46,657 bases of DNA from contig CAZVRL010000004.1 in the NCBI GenBank assembly GCA_964630285.1, forward strand, positions 1 through 46,657, given 5' to 3'. The translations under genes were made by a program, and so were the position numbers. The stretch comes from an uncultured Candidatus Peribacteria bacterium. Lineage in GTDB: Bacteria; Patescibacteriota; Gracilibacteria; BD1-5; JAGOOR01. Of this stretch, positions 21,398 through 33,619 are shown one piece after another; position 1 is the stretch's first letter; each line of letters opens with the position of its first letter. The notes beneath the pieces were generated by a model. That model searched no databases and was not told the origin of the DNA. It saw only the letters and a program-made list of their open reading frames with translations.

Positions 21398-23440
21398 TTA
21401 TAGACAAACAACGATTGGCTCACGTTCCCAGACTTTGAGGACCATTTTTCCGAGATCTTTTGCGAGGAATTCGCAGAAATTTCGGTGATGTTCTTCTGGC
21501 TTTTTATTAGCAACTGCTTTTTTGACGTAGTCCGCAATAGCAGCGTGTGATGCTGTGATTTCATCAGGGAAGAAGAGGCCACGAGATTCGATGGTTGCTT
21601 CTTTTACGTTGACCACGAGTACACCTTCTTCGCCGAGCTGTATACGTTCCTTGACTGCACGAGTTTCGAGAGACCCAATACTCATACCGTCTACACCGAG
21701 TGCTTCAAGAGGGATTTTTTTACGAGAGAAGACGAGTTCATGATGGCCATCGAGTTCAACGATAGAGCCGTCTTCGAGCATGAGAACATTTTTTGGATCC
21801 CAGCCCATTTTGATAGCTTCACGCTTGAGTGTGAGACGTTGAGTGATATCACCGTGGACAGGAATGATGTATTTCGGTCTCACGAGGTTCATGATGACAC
21901 GTTGTTCTGCGATACCTCCATGACCACCTGAGTGGACTTCGTTTTCTTTGATAGTGATGATTTTTGCACCGAATCGATTGAGACGATTCATCATATCGAT
22001 GATAGCGAGTTCATTACCGGGGATAATCGAAGAAGAGAGGATGATAGTATCGCGAGGCTTGATAGAGATAGTCTGATGATCTCCACGAGAGATGTTATTG
22101 AGTCCACCGAATTCTTCTCCTTGAGCACCAGTGGTGATGATGATTTGTTTGTTTTCGGGAATACTTTCCATCGTTCTAGAATCGAGTGGTTTGACGGTTC
22201 CTTCCTTGCATTTGAGGATGCCCATTTCACGAGCGATAGCAACACAATCCACCATACTTCGTCCATTGACGAGGACATGACGACCGAGTTGTTCAGCTAT
22301 GGTGACGACGTCCTGGATACGACTGATAAGCGTTGAGAAATTTCCGATGATGACACGCTCAGGTGCATCTTGGATGAGCTGTTTCAGCTCTCCTGTGACT
22401 TTTGTTTCAGAAGTAGTCCAGTCTTGCTTGTAGGAGTTGGTTGTTTCCTGGAGAAGAATATCGATACCACGAGAAGCGATGCGCGCATAGTTTGCGAGGT
22501 CAACTGGTTTGTCGATACGAGGGAAAAATTCGAGCTTGTAGTCACCCATATGCATGATACGAGCAGATGGAGTCTCGATATAGACACCACAGCTATCAGG
22601 GATTGTATGATTGACGCGGAAAAATTCGTATTTGAAGACTCCGATGTTTGCCATTTTTCCACTATCTGGATTGACGGTGAAAAATTGTACTTTGTTTTTG
22701 AGACCAGCTTCTTCTAGACCTTTTTTGATCATCGCAATAGTAAAAGGCGCTGCATAAATCGGTGGGAAACCGAGAGCAGGAATGAGATTCTTGAGAGCAC
22801 CGATATGGTCGAGATGTCCATGAGTGATGAGCATACCCTTGATACGTTTGATGTGTGATTGGAGGAATCGGATATCAGGGAGGAGGTAGTTAAATCCTGG
22901 AGAATTTCCACCACGTGCGAACTCGAGACCACCATCGACGATGAGTATATCTTCACCGTGTTCAAACATAGTCATATTTGCACCGACAGTTCTGAGACCG
23001 CCGATAGGAATGATACGGGTGACATTATGATCTACTTTTGGGAGGATCTGAGGTTCGAGTGCTTTTGGGAAAATCACGGGGACATTGAGGCTTTTGATAA
23101 CAGCTGGGGAGAGCTGAGATGGTACTTCCGTTGGAGTTGTATCTGCGGTAATTGCAGGTTTTTCAGCAGGAAGCTCGAGACGTTTGAGGGGACGATTGAT
23201 CATCGGTTTTCCCATCATTGGTTTCTTTGGAACAGGTGGTCTCGGTGGGAGACTAGTTCGTGGGACACCATTCATCGGAGTGGTAGGCTTGAGTTGTGGT
23301 TTTGGTTTAGGAGTGTGAGGCGGAAGAGGTTTTGGAGCCTCAGTGTGTGTTGGTACAGGTCACGCGAGTGGTGCAGAAGGTTCTGGTTGCGGGACGTGTC
23401 CTAGTTCTGAATCGAGTTCAGCAAAAAAATTATCGGACAT
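21398..23440 (-). CDS. rnj: Ribonuclease J (metallo-beta-lactamase/beta-CASP) with Pro-rich N-terminal extension
   Basis: ITHGHLDHIGAL, HMGDYK and HGD motifs. ATG 23440 is in frame with the 21398..23275 ORF through one TGA. The start could instead be 23275. Confidence 0.85.
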
Positions 23441-23751
23441 AGTAGAAAGAATAAAATAAATTAAATAAAAAGATTACAAAAATTTTTGAAAGAGAGCTTT
23501 TGTATGACTCTGGCCTGTGCGTATGCGACGAACAACAACATCCTGAACGACAGGAGCACATGTGTTTAGTGAATAATAGGTGACATGAGCATCAGAGAGA
23601 CCACAGAATGAGCTGTATTGATGACCACGTAACGATGTAGATATAGGATACCTTTTTTTGTTTTGTATTGCAACGAAGCTCTACTTGATTTTCAGTGAAA
23701 AATGTTCTGGAGGAGCATAGAAAGTATAATTGCTTTGGAAGAATTGCAAAT

Positions 23752-24807
23752 TTATTCGAACAAACTGTCATCATTTGAGTTGACCCAGGTAGCGTTTCTT
23801 CCTTTTCCCCAAAACGACCAGAGGAGGACATCCTCAAAATCATATGTTCCTGCTTTTTCATCTTTCAGGGGATTCATAGCGAGTTCGAAATGGAGATGAT
23901 AGAGATATTTTTTATCTGGTACCGCAGAATCACCAACGTGCCCGACTATATCACCCTGAGACACTTTTTTTCCTACTTGTATATTTGCTGGTATGTCAGA
24001 GAGATGTGCATAGATAGCGACATGTCCTGAGAGAGTTTTCAGGTAGACAGTGTTGCCACGATAGACATCGAGATTTTCCTGTTGTTCCAGTTCTGAATCG
24101 CCATGATTGAGATGATTCATTTCGTCCCACGTGAAGTCGCGTTTTACATGCATAATAGTTCCATCTTCTATGGCTCGAGTTGGTGTCCCTTCACTGACAT
24201 AGAAATCCCAACCATGATGAATCGCATCTGTTGTTCCAGATCGAAATGGACGTGCAGCGTTGGGGAGATGTGTTGCTTTTGTGGGGAGAGGAGTACCTGG
24301 AATTGGGAGTGCAAATTTTGTATCGCGAGCTCGGAGGACTGATTCTATGTTTGCGAAAAATTCACGGAGACGAAGCGAAGAAAGTCGGTAGTCATTTTTG
24401 ATAATAGTACTTGCTCGGAGAGTATTTCTGAGTGTCTCGCTTGATATGTCTGAGAGTGCTTCCTTTTGAGGGAGTGCTCCATTGATAGGGAGGATATAAT
24501 TCACTCCTTTGTAGGTCACTACTGGTACTCTACATGCCCCGTCGAGCTTCCATTGGAGGATGGTATTTGCTTGACCTTCATTGATGACTTTTCTGGTATC
24601 TGGGCAGAGAGAGGTGAGTTCATTTGCATTTCCTGCATCGAGCCTGAGAAATACTGAAGCACCTGTATCGAGCGGTGTGATACCTGAAAAAAGTATCTCC
24701 ATAGGAGGTGTTTCAGAGCTCGCTACGAGGACTTGAGTTGGTTCTGATATGAGGATGTGTGGTATCGTGAGGAGGAGAACTCCGAGATACAGAGAAGGTC
24801 GAAACAT
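23752..24807 (-). CDS. Secreted M23 (LytM-type) peptidoglycan metalloendopeptidase
   Basis: Signal peptide present. HHGWDFYV, GHVAIYAHL, GHVGDS, YHLHFEL. Confidence 0.85.
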   Translation of the reverse strand: MFRPSLYLGVLLLTIPHILISEPTQVLVASSETPPMEILFSGITPLDTGASVFLRLDAGNANELTSLCPDTRKVINEGQANTILQWKLDGACRVPVVTYKGVNYILPINGALPQKEALSDISSETLRNTLRASTIIKNDYRLSSLRLREFFANIESVLRARDTKFALPIPGTPLPTKATHLPNAARPFRSGTTDAIHHGWDFYVSEGTPTRAIEDGTIMHVKRDFTWDEMNHLNHGDSELEQQENLDVYRGNTVYLKTLSGHVAIYAHLSDIPANIQVGKKVSQGDIVGHVGDSAVPDKKYLYHLHFELAMNPLKDEKAGTYDFEDVLLWSFWGKGRNATWVNSNDDSLFE

Positions 24808-25003
24808 AGTTTATTCGCTTTGCAACTACATTTGAGTGTACAAAAAAATTATTCAAATCAATAAAAATCCCGTATTTACCTCTTGATTATGCCGTGTTCT
24901 GTCTTTTTAGATATGTATTTTCTGCGAGTATTGTGAAGAGCATGTGAATAATACTTCTTTTTTTCTCACTTCTGAATACTCTTCTTGGGTATAACTTATA
25001 CCT

Positions 25004-26515
25004 ATGAAAAAAATCCTCTTTTTTGTTACCTTTGCCAGCGTCTCTCTTTCTCTCTTTGCTGAATCGAGCGGTCTTCCTGAAGCTCGTGAGCTCGCTCAAA
25101 TGGGCATCATAGTCGATCAGTCTACTATGGCTCAGGCCTCGCCAGTGAGCACTTCTCTTGATATACAGGAATCTGCGATGTACCGTCTGAGTGATTTGAT
25201 TATCCGACAAGAAGTCCTCGGCATGGCTCTCAAACTCAAGGGTGTGGAATTACCGAGTTGATATACGTGTCGTGATTTTTATCGTGATACAGGTGAGTGG
25301 TGGGTATGTCGTGCGGCGGAGCTTTCTGCTGATTATGGTATCGTGACTCGTGCGAATCTCTATTTCCGACCACGTGATTTCCTGACTCTCGGAGAAGCAA
25401 TGGGTATCGTTATAAAAGTGCTCGATATACCCCTCTCAAATACTTCGACGAGTACTATTTCGGGGTCTCTTCCTGTGTGGCAAAAGAGACTTATTCTCAC
25501 TGTTCAAGAAAAACAAATCACTCTCAATGTCCGAGATGATAATGGCCGATGAATCGCTGTCTATGATCCACGTGTCGGCTCTACTCTCTCTGGATTTGAT
25601 ATGTCACATCGTCTCACTCGTGGTCAGTTTTTCCAGATTGTTGTGGCTCTCCTGGATTACCGAGACAGTACTGATCCGACTGCACACTGTACTGTCTACA
25701 ATGATGGGTGTAATGACTGTGTCCGTGGTGACGAAGGAATAGCTTGTACAGAACGTGCTTGTATCTGGCAAGGTATCCCATCATGTTCAGAATGTGAAAA
25801 TGGTTATACACTCCAAAATGGAAAATGTATCATGAATACCGGTAGTTGTAAGAAACTCTGAGAAGCAGTTTCAAATTTTTCTCTCCCCCCTGAATATCAA
25901 TTTAGTGGTACTTGTTGTAGTGGACTTACATCAGTTGCGCCAAAAGATGGTGGTGTTGGTTGATCAAATATCTGTGCCAATGTAGGTGATTATGTGTGTG
26001 ATAGTCGTTATGAGAGTGAGTATAATTCTCCTGATTGCCGTCTTGTTATGGACGGTTTTGATTCATCTGTTTGTCAGAATTATTATGATGGATGTAATAA
26101 CTGTTCGAATACAACCGATGGAAATACTGTCTGCACTCTTCGTTATTGTTTTACCAACGGACCTGCATATTGTACCACTTATAAAACGTACACTCCTATA
26201 AATCAAACTGTTGACCAACAATTCTCGGACAAGGTCTTAAACGAGATACGAAATTACACAAAGGATCTCTCATGTACTTCCTCTGACCAATGTAAATGGA
26301 AATTGTTTGGCCAAAATCCATGTGGTAGTTCGAGTATAGGTATTCAATATTCATCAAAAAATATTGATATGACACTCTTTGAAAACAAGACAACCTACTA
26401 CACAAATATGCAGACGCTCTTCAATCAGACATACCCTGTCTTTGGTACGTGTGCTATTATGACGCCTCCACCACCCCTGAGTTGTATCAGTGGAACTTGC
26501 CAGTATCAACAATAA
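25004..26515 (+). CDS. Secreted Cys-rich surface protein (503 aa) with SLH-like repeats and duplicated DGCNxC modules
   Basis: Four same-frame ORFs (25004, 25343, 25601, 25994) are joined by TGA. Signal peptide MKKILFFVTFASVSLSLFA. CTVYNDGCNDC...CTERAC and CQNYYDGCNNC...CTLRYC. Confidence 0.65.
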
Positions 26516-26526
26516 TTTGAGAGATA

Positions 26527-28257
26527 TTACATCTCTGATGGAAGAGGCATGCCGAGAATATCGGTTGTGTATTTGATAATATCTAGACAAGTGTGCACGA
26601 TGGCGATACGTGCAGCGCGTTCCTGTATTGGAGTTTCCTTGAGTTTTGGAGTATTGACATAGAGTGCATTCATATGGCGTGTCATCGTGGCTATATGAGC
26701 GATGAGAAGGTGGAACTTGTAGCTCGTTCCACAACTCTCAAAGATTTCGTTAAACCCGAGAATATCCATGATGAGGTCTCGATCAAATGGTGTCAAACTT
26801 CAAACTTCGAATTTCATACTTCCAGCTTCATTGATTTCATCAAGAATTTTTTTCCAGCGCACGTATGTATACTGGAGATATGGTCCGCTATTTCACTCGA
26901 AAGCGAGTACTTTATCCCATTCAAAAATCCAATCACGTTCACGATCCTGACTCAAGAATGAATAGACGATAGCACCGAGAGCCACTGCTTTTGTGTCGCT
27001 ATCTGAGAGTTTTCTTTCTCGTGTTTCGAGTATTTTTTTCACTCGATCAAAACTTTCTCAGATGAGATCTTTTAGGAAAATAACGCGCCCATGTCGTGTC
27101 GACATAGCTCCATCAGGGAGACTCACAAATCCATTTCCTGCGTGAGTGAGTTCGGTATTTTTATCATCGAGCCATGTTTTTGTGGCTGTTGCAAAAAGCT
27201 GTCTGAAATGCAGCGCTTGTCTATTGTCGACAAAGTAGACAATACGACTCGGAGACCAATTTTTGAGTCGGTATTTGATGGCTGCGAGATCACTTGCGAG
27301 ATACCCATGTGTACCATCTCTTTTTTGGAGAATACAAGATGGAAGTTTTGATTCTTTTGGGAAAACTACACCGACACTTTCGTCTTCATTTTTGGTTGCG
27401 ATTCATTTTTTGACGAGCTCATCGACTACGGCAGACATAGTATTGTCTGGTGTGAGATCTGGCCAGCTTCCGAGTTTCGGAAGAGCGATTCCCTCGTAGA
27501 AACTTTCTCCAATCCAGATGTCAGGATGGACGCCAAATTCACTCATGACACCTCGTACACCTGCGAGACTCTTATCTGTGAATTGTTGCCAGAGCTGGAC
27601 TGACGCTTCATCGCCTTCCGAGAGAAGTTTGAACGCATCGCGACATTCTTGCTCTACTTCTGGCTCCTTTTCTGTTTTTTCTGTGATAGCGACATAGATT
27701 TCCAGGAGATGGTGGACAGGATCTTTTTGAAACGCTTCTTCATCGCCGAAATATTTCCAACCTGTGATGAGCTTACCAAATATACCACCCCAATCACCCT
27801 GGTGCATATCAGCGGTGACATCGTATCCCATGAGGCGGAGGAGGTTGATAGTTGCTTGGCCAAAAAGCGGTGTGCAGAGATGTCCGATATGGAGCGGTTT
27901 TCCGATATTTGCCCCCATGTAATCAACGATGATTTTCTCGTTCTTTTTTTCAAATGTTGGGAGTGCCCAAGTTGCTATTTCTCTCACGTAGAGTTCATCG
28001 GTGACAAAGAGATTGACGAAGCCACCCTGGATATTTCCATCTACGACATAAGGCTGAGTTTTCATGAAATCGAGGACTTCTTGAGCCAATTGTGGTGGTG
28101 GAGTTTTCGTCGCTTTGACAGCAGGAAAGATATTGATACAGATGTCACCAAATTTTTTCTCTGGCGGTACGGTGAATTGAAAAACGTCACTCGAACCGTC
28201 TTTGTTCGTCGTTTTGAGATACTGTGAGAGAGCTTCTCTGAGGGTAATACACTGCAT
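26527..28257 (-). CDS. argS: Arginine--tRNA ligase
   Basis: PLHIGHLCTP (HIGH), AMSTRHG, FE-TGA-NSGPYLQYTYVR (TGA at 26893-26895). 577 codons from ATG 28257. Confidence 0.9.
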
Positions 28258-28312
28258 AAATAGGGGAAAAGAATTGCCAGCAGTATATACGTAAAATAAA
28301 AAGGGGCAATAT

Positions 28313-28341
28313 TTGCATCCAAAAAGGAAATAGTGTATCAT
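28313..28341 (+). promoter_or_regulatory. Sigma-70-like promoter TTGCAT-17-TATCAT
   Basis: TTGCAT at 28313-28318 and TATCAT at 28336-28341, 20 nt upstream of ATG 28362. Confidence 0.35.
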
Positions 28342-28361
28342 ATAAGAGTAAAAAATACTCT

Positions 28362-29762
28362 ATGGCTGACATATCAAAAATAGAAGAAAAAAAAGACCTC
28401 ACAGAAGCTGAAAAAGCAGCACAAGCTCTTCGTGAGCAAAAAACTCCTGAACAACTCAAAAAAGAACAGGAAGAGGCTGAAAAGCAGGCTCGTGAGAAAG
28501 AGGCAATGAAAACTCTCGAAAAAACCAAAACAGAGACTCAAAATAGCCTTTCGTCTATCAAAAATGAAATCTCGCCCGAACAACTCGCAAACCGTGAAAC
28601 TATTGAAAAAAATCTCGCCCTCAAAATCCAGGAAGCCCCAAAAACTGTTCCTGCGTATCTGGATTTTATTGCCGAGACACATTCAGAATCTCTCTGAGAA
28701 AAATGATTCATGCTTTTCTTATCTCAACAAATCCAAAAACTCCTCGATATCGTCGCGACAAAGCCAGAGCTTTCCCGTGATCGAGACTGGATGGATTCTC
28801 TCCGCCATAGTCTCAGCCACATCATTATCGACCCTACTCTGGCGAAACAGCTCACTGAGTATGGTACTATGGATCCTGTTTTGCGCGAACAGCTCCAAAA
28901 ACAGTTATGAGTCGAGAATATCACAGAATGACTCGATGCAAATACGAGAGATATAGTGCAAAAAGTACATACAGGTTTCTACCGTTTTGATCCAGAAGTA
29001 AATACATGGGTCAATTCTGTTGGAGCTCTCGTCTTTCTCTGGCCAGAAAATATCGCAGGTATCAAAAAATATCTCACGGCTGTGAAACCAGATCATCCAT
29101 TTCTTTCTGTCACGGATTATCGTAGCTCAGACAAGGCTGGAAAGTACGGTATTGTTTCTGATGGTCGACCTCATAATATGATGCTTGCCGAGGCTGATTA
29201 TCTCACGCAATACATAAAGCTCCGTGGTGAGGGGAAGGATGACAATGCTGTATTTCTCGAATTAGGACGTACTCATGTCGCAAATCTCGCAGATAATAAA
29301 GCGGTCCAAGATGCAGTAAAAGCATTTGAGAAAAAGTATGGTGATGGTAGCTTCAATGCTTCTGCCAGTGAGCAGCTCTCTGCTCAGAGCGATAAGGTAT
29401 CAGACAATATTCTCCCTGCAAAAATCCCAGAGTACAACCGTATTACAGATCTTGTTCAACTCGAGAAATATGAGTATATCATCGATGAACAGCGACCAGA
29501 GATGAAGGATATTATCTATGATATTGCGGCTGGTTTTGTTCGATTTGACGAGGGAACCCATACCTTTAAAACTGCCACAGGGGAAAAGCTTCGCTTCACA
29601 GATAAAGAGCTCGCTCTGATCGACGATGTCTTCCAGGATATTCGTCCAGGTTCGTTGTTTTTAGGGGATACACAGATTCTCACGTACACAACGACTGACA
29701 GAGATCATCATCAATACGATGAAAAAACTCTCCGAGATCGTATCAATTTCTATCAGCAATAA
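28362..29762 (+). CDS. Hypothetical protein (466 aa) with Lys/Glu-rich N-terminus
   Basis: ORFs 28362, 28710 and 28956 are all in frame 0 and joined by four TGA. No recognisable domain. Confidence 0.6.
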
Positions 29763-29776
29763 TTTCATTTATCATT

Positions 29777-30211
29777 ATGGCTATTTCATCAAAAGTTTCT
29801 CAGGCTAAAAGTGCTATATCAGCTATCACCACCGATAATCTCGAAGATCAAAAACCAAAAGCATCTAGTTCTGTGGATGCTGTTGGAGGCATAGGAAGAC
29901 AAATTGTTGGGCACGCTCGTGAGGCTGTTGGGAATGATGCAGTTATTGCTGGCGATATTAATAAATCACGGTCAGAATTGACCGCTTTGGAGAATACCAA
30001 AGATGAATTTATGTCGACACTTTCTGCTCTTCAGAGAGAATTGCAGGAGGCTCAAACGCGTTTTCAAGATGCCCTCACAAATGCGGAACAAATATTTAAT
30101 ACGAGTTTCACTGCGGCTCAAAATGAACTCAGTGGAACTATATCATCGATAGAGACCACCAGCGAGAGTAATAAAAATCTCCACCGTCAAATCTGAGATT
30201 TAGCTTCCTAG
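29777..30211 (+). CDS. Hypothetical coiled-coil protein (144 aa)
   Basis: ORF 29777..30196 reads through TGA to TAG at 30209-30211. Heptad-like ELTALENTKDEF...LQRELQEAQTRFQ. Confidence 0.5.
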
Positions 30212-30246
30212 TTTACGAACTATTCATATACTCTGCATGATTTTTC

Positions 30247-30795
30247 ATGCATTTTTCTGCTCCATCAGATCCTCTGATTTATTCTTTTCTCCTTCGCCGT
30301 GAAGAATTTCAGGGTGCAGAGAGACTCATTGTTGAAACGCGTATTCAGGGAGAAAAACTCTTACAAACACTCGAAGCACTCGAAAAAATATCATCAACCA
30401 ATAGACATTATCGCCTCATTACAACACCAGTAGATATTCTGGAAGTGGAGCATGATGCACATATTGTCGGGATATTCCCGATTGAGACACTGGATTGGAA
30501 AGTGAGCCCAAAAGAAAAAGAAAATTATTGCCTAGAACTCGAAAAGTGAACAAAATATGGTGAAGAAAAGCTTATCTCATGGCTTACGGAACATGGCTAT
30601 ATTGCTCGTAAATCGGATGAAATAGGGACCTATTTCCGAGCGGGCGATACGGTCTCGCTTCCACTCAAAAAAGGGATTCTCCGTGTGAGTTTCTTTGGAA
30701 CGATGCTCGAAGACCTCTTCCTCGATGACGTCTCTATTACTTCTGCTCGGATTTATTCACTGCTTCCAGCACTTCCTGCGGGACAAACTTCATAA
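30247..30795 (+). CDS. mfd: Transcription-repair coupling factor Mfd, N-terminal fragment (UvrB-homology module) as a separate ORF
   Basis: LELEK-TGA-TKYGEEKLISWLTEHGYIARKSDEIGTYFRAGDTVSL...LRVSFFGTMLEDLFLDDV...SLLPA parallels E. coli Mfd (KKGQRL...AGYRHV...GEYATRG...RLDFFDDEIDSLRVFD...LLPA). TAA at 30793-30795. Confidence 0.7.
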
Positions 30796-31018
30796 ATATC
30801 CAGATAAGAAGAGGGATGACGACAATATCATCTGCGAGTCCGAAAAACAGTATAAAATCTGGCAGAGCATCCATCGGCATGATGACGTACCCGAGTATCC
30901 CGAGAGAGAGGAGGAGTTTTGTTGTGAGAGGCGTTTTTGGATGTCGAAAGGCTTTCCAGGCGTGGCCGAGTTTCTTTTTGACGTTTTTAAATCGAGAAAG
31001 AAGGTGAAAAAATTTCAT
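30737..31018 (-). CDS. YkvA/DUF1232 family membrane protein
   Basis: YVIMPMDALPDFILFFGLADDIVV signature. Its 3' end overlaps the end of the mfd N fragment by 59 nt (convergent). Confidence 0.7.
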   Translation of the reverse strand: MKFFHLLSRFKNVKKKLGHAWKAFRHPKTPLTTKLLLSLGILGYVIMPMDALPDFILFFGLADDIVVIPLLIWIFMKFVPQEVLEAVNKSEQK

Positions 31019-31030
31019 AATAGAGAGTTA

Positions 31031-31579
31031 CTATTCGCCCTTCATCGTCGCGAGCTTCTCGAGTTCGAGGAGAGTTTTCCAGTTTCTCGTTGTGGCAGTC
31101 ACAGCGAGTTTTCTCTCAAAGAACATGGTTGAAAACTTTGTCATGCCATATCCATCAGGGCAGTAGAGATAGATGATGGTATTATCGATGTGAAATTCAT
31201 CGCTCTGAAATTTCTCATCTCGAGTTGTCTCGAGGAGTTTTTTCTCAGGCATGCTGTCGAGAAAGGTGACATGCAGTTTTGAGGCGTCTTTTTTCCCGTC
31301 GTTGTAGGGATTTTTTTTGATAATTTTTTCCACTTCTTCTCCTGTGAGGATAAGAAGAGGTACTGCAAAGCCATAGTGTTTTTCGATCACTTCGCCGATA
31401 TCTTTTGTAAGTGTTTTTTTACTTGTCTCACTGCTTTTGAACACTATATTTCCACTCTGGATATAGGTCATGACGTTTTCGTAACCTGCTTTGATAAGGA
31501 GCGCTTTGAGGTCTTTCATGGCAATCATTCTCTGTCCACTGACGTTGATTCCACGGAGGAGTGCTATATAGGTATTCAT
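31031..31579 (-). CDS. DUF1697 family protein
   Basis: YIALLRGINVSGQRMIAMKDLKALL...YIQSGNIVF is the typical DUF1697 N-terminus. Confidence 0.8.
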   Translation of the reverse strand: MNTYIALLRGINVSGQRMIAMKDLKALLIKAGYENVMTYIQSGNIVFKSSETSKKTLTKDIGEVIEKHYGFAVPLLILTGEEVEKIIKKNPYNDGKKDASKLHVTFLDSMPEKKLLETTRDEKFQSDEFHIDNTIIYLYCPDGYGMTKFSTMFFERKLAVTATTRNWKTLLELEKLATMKGE

Positions 31580-31615
31580 GCGGGGAGTATACTTGATTTT
31601 CCTAAACCTGGTAAT

Positions 31616-32569
31616 CTAGTTCTGAATCAGGTAAACGATGTATCCGCTATACACCATGATAAATACAACACCCTGCCATCGCTCGAGTTTGTTTTTCTGA
31701 CCGATAAAGAGAGCGAGGAAGAGTACAATTGTCGCTATCACACACATCAGAATATCAGCAAAACTACTTGCACCGAGTGAGACAGGATTTATGAGCGCAG
31801 AGAAACCAAGAATCCAGAAAATGTTAAATATATTTGAGCCGACAATGTTTCCGACTGCTATATCGTTTTGACCTTTGCGAGCGGCAACGATGGAGGTGAC
31901 GAGTTCGGGCATTGATGTCCCGATAGCGACGATGGTGAGTCCTATGACACGTTCTGACATACCGAGATGTTTTGCTATATCGACAGCACCATCGACAAAC
32001 ATTTTTCCACCGATCATGAGCCCAGCCAGACCCCCAAGTATCATCGAAAGAGAAACTAAATTGCTATATTTTGTGATACCTGTATCTTCGTTTTCCTCTG
32101 ACTTACTGATATTTGCGACGTAGTAGAGGAATATGATAAAGAAGAAGATAAGAATAACACCATCGCCCTGGCTAATGATATTTTTGTCCCCTTGACCAAA
32201 GTAGACATCCGCACCGAGAAATCCTACTGCGAGAATAGCGAGGAGTGAAAATGGTATCTCTTTCCAGGCGGTAGAATGTTTTACTGGCAGGAGCGAGAGG
32301 ACACTCGTGATTCAGAGAATGAGGAGGATATTTGCTGTATTTGATCCGACGACGTTACCGAGAGTGATATCACTTTTTCCTTGCAAGCTTGCAAAGACAC
32401 TGACTGTGAGTTCAGGAAGAGACGTACCAAATGCGACGACGGTCAAACCGATCACGAGGCTCGATACTCCAAAACGCTTGGCGATAGAGGCGGAACCCAT
32501 AACGAGATAATCAGCTCCTTTGACGAGGATAGCGAGCCCAACTGCTACGAGAAGAAAAGGTATAATCAT
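31616..32569 (-). CDS. Ca2+/cation antiporter (CaCA, YrbG-like)
   Basis: Two alpha-repeats: GLTVVAFGTSLPELTVS...GNVVGSN and GLTIVAIGTSMPELVTS...GNIVGSNIFN. ORFs 32312..32569 and 31616..32044 are in frame. Confidence 0.8.
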
Positions 32570-32600
32570 AGTTAGGATGATGATAGTTTAAATTTGCGAT

Positions 32601-33542
32601 TTATTTTACGAGGTCTGAGATATGTTTGTGATCTTTTGAAGGGAAGAGAACAGAAGCGAGGATAGAGAGCGTGAGACAACCGACGATAACTCCGAGAGAG
32701 ACGAGTATATCGACGTGATAGTATCCTGAGATGAGCATCTTTGTACCGACGAATGCGAGGACAGCTGAGAGACCGTATTTGAGATAGACGAAATTTCCCA
32801 TCATACCAGCGAGAGCAAAATAGAGAGAACGGAGACCAAGAATGGCAAAGATATTACTCGTGTAGACGATAAACATATCGTGAGAGATAGCGAGAACCGC
32901 TGGGATAGAGTCGAGTGCGAAGACGAGGTCAGTGAACTCGATCATGAGGAGCGCTACGAGCATCGGTGTTGCTGCACGTTTTGCGTTCTGCATAGTGAGA
33001 AATTTCCCGCCATCCATCTCTTTTGAGATAGGCATGATTTTTTTGAGAAGTCTCACGATGAGCTTTCGTTCGAATTCGATTTCTTCTTTGCTTTCAAAGA
33101 GCATCTTGATAGCTGTCACGATGAGGAACCCACCGAAGACATAGATAACAAAATGAAACGCTTCAAGTATCTGTATACCAACGGCAATCATCACTGCACG
33201 CATCACGAGGGCTCCGAGAATACCCCAGAAGAGGATTTTGTGCTGATAGAGTTTCCCGATTTTGAAATACGAGAATATCATGATAAAGACAAACAAGTTA
33301 TCCACGCTGAGGGATTTTTCCATCACGTACGCTGTCACGAACTGGAGCGCTTTCTCACCTCCGAACCAATGAGCTACGAGCCCAGAAAATACAGCCGCAA
33401 GACCTATCCAGACACCACTCCAAATGAGAGCTTCTTTTGTTTTTATTTCGTGAGCCTTTTTGTTAAATATTCCCAAATCGAGAGCGAGCATCACAAAGAC
33501 GAAGACGATAAACCCGACCCAGAAAACTCATTGTGTATCCAT
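32601..33542 (-). CDS. TerC/Alx family integral membrane protein
   Basis: EKSLSVDNLFVFIMIF and FALDSIPAVLAIS motifs. ATG 33542 is in frame through one TGA. Confidence 0.8.
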
Positions 33543-33619
33543 AAAAGGGAATAATTAAAATAACTCGTACATCCTATGAGTTTGTCTGGATTTTCAATAT
33601 TACTTTTCTATAACCGATA

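Noticed and set aside
23441-23751. SRP RNA, tmRNA or RNase P RNA in the rnj upstream gap, and an RNase P-like AGTCCG string at about 35400.
   Set aside because: The diagnostic motifs are absent: the SRP GGAA/AGCAGC domain IV, the tmRNA tRNA-like 3' end, and RNase P GGAAAGUCC within a ~350-nt gene. The gaps are also too short for RNase P.
33543-33619. yybP-ykoY (Mn2+) riboswitch upstream of the TerC-family gene.
   Set aside because: Only 77 nt are available, and none of the conserved yybP-ykoY helices or GGGGAGUAG-type strings are present.
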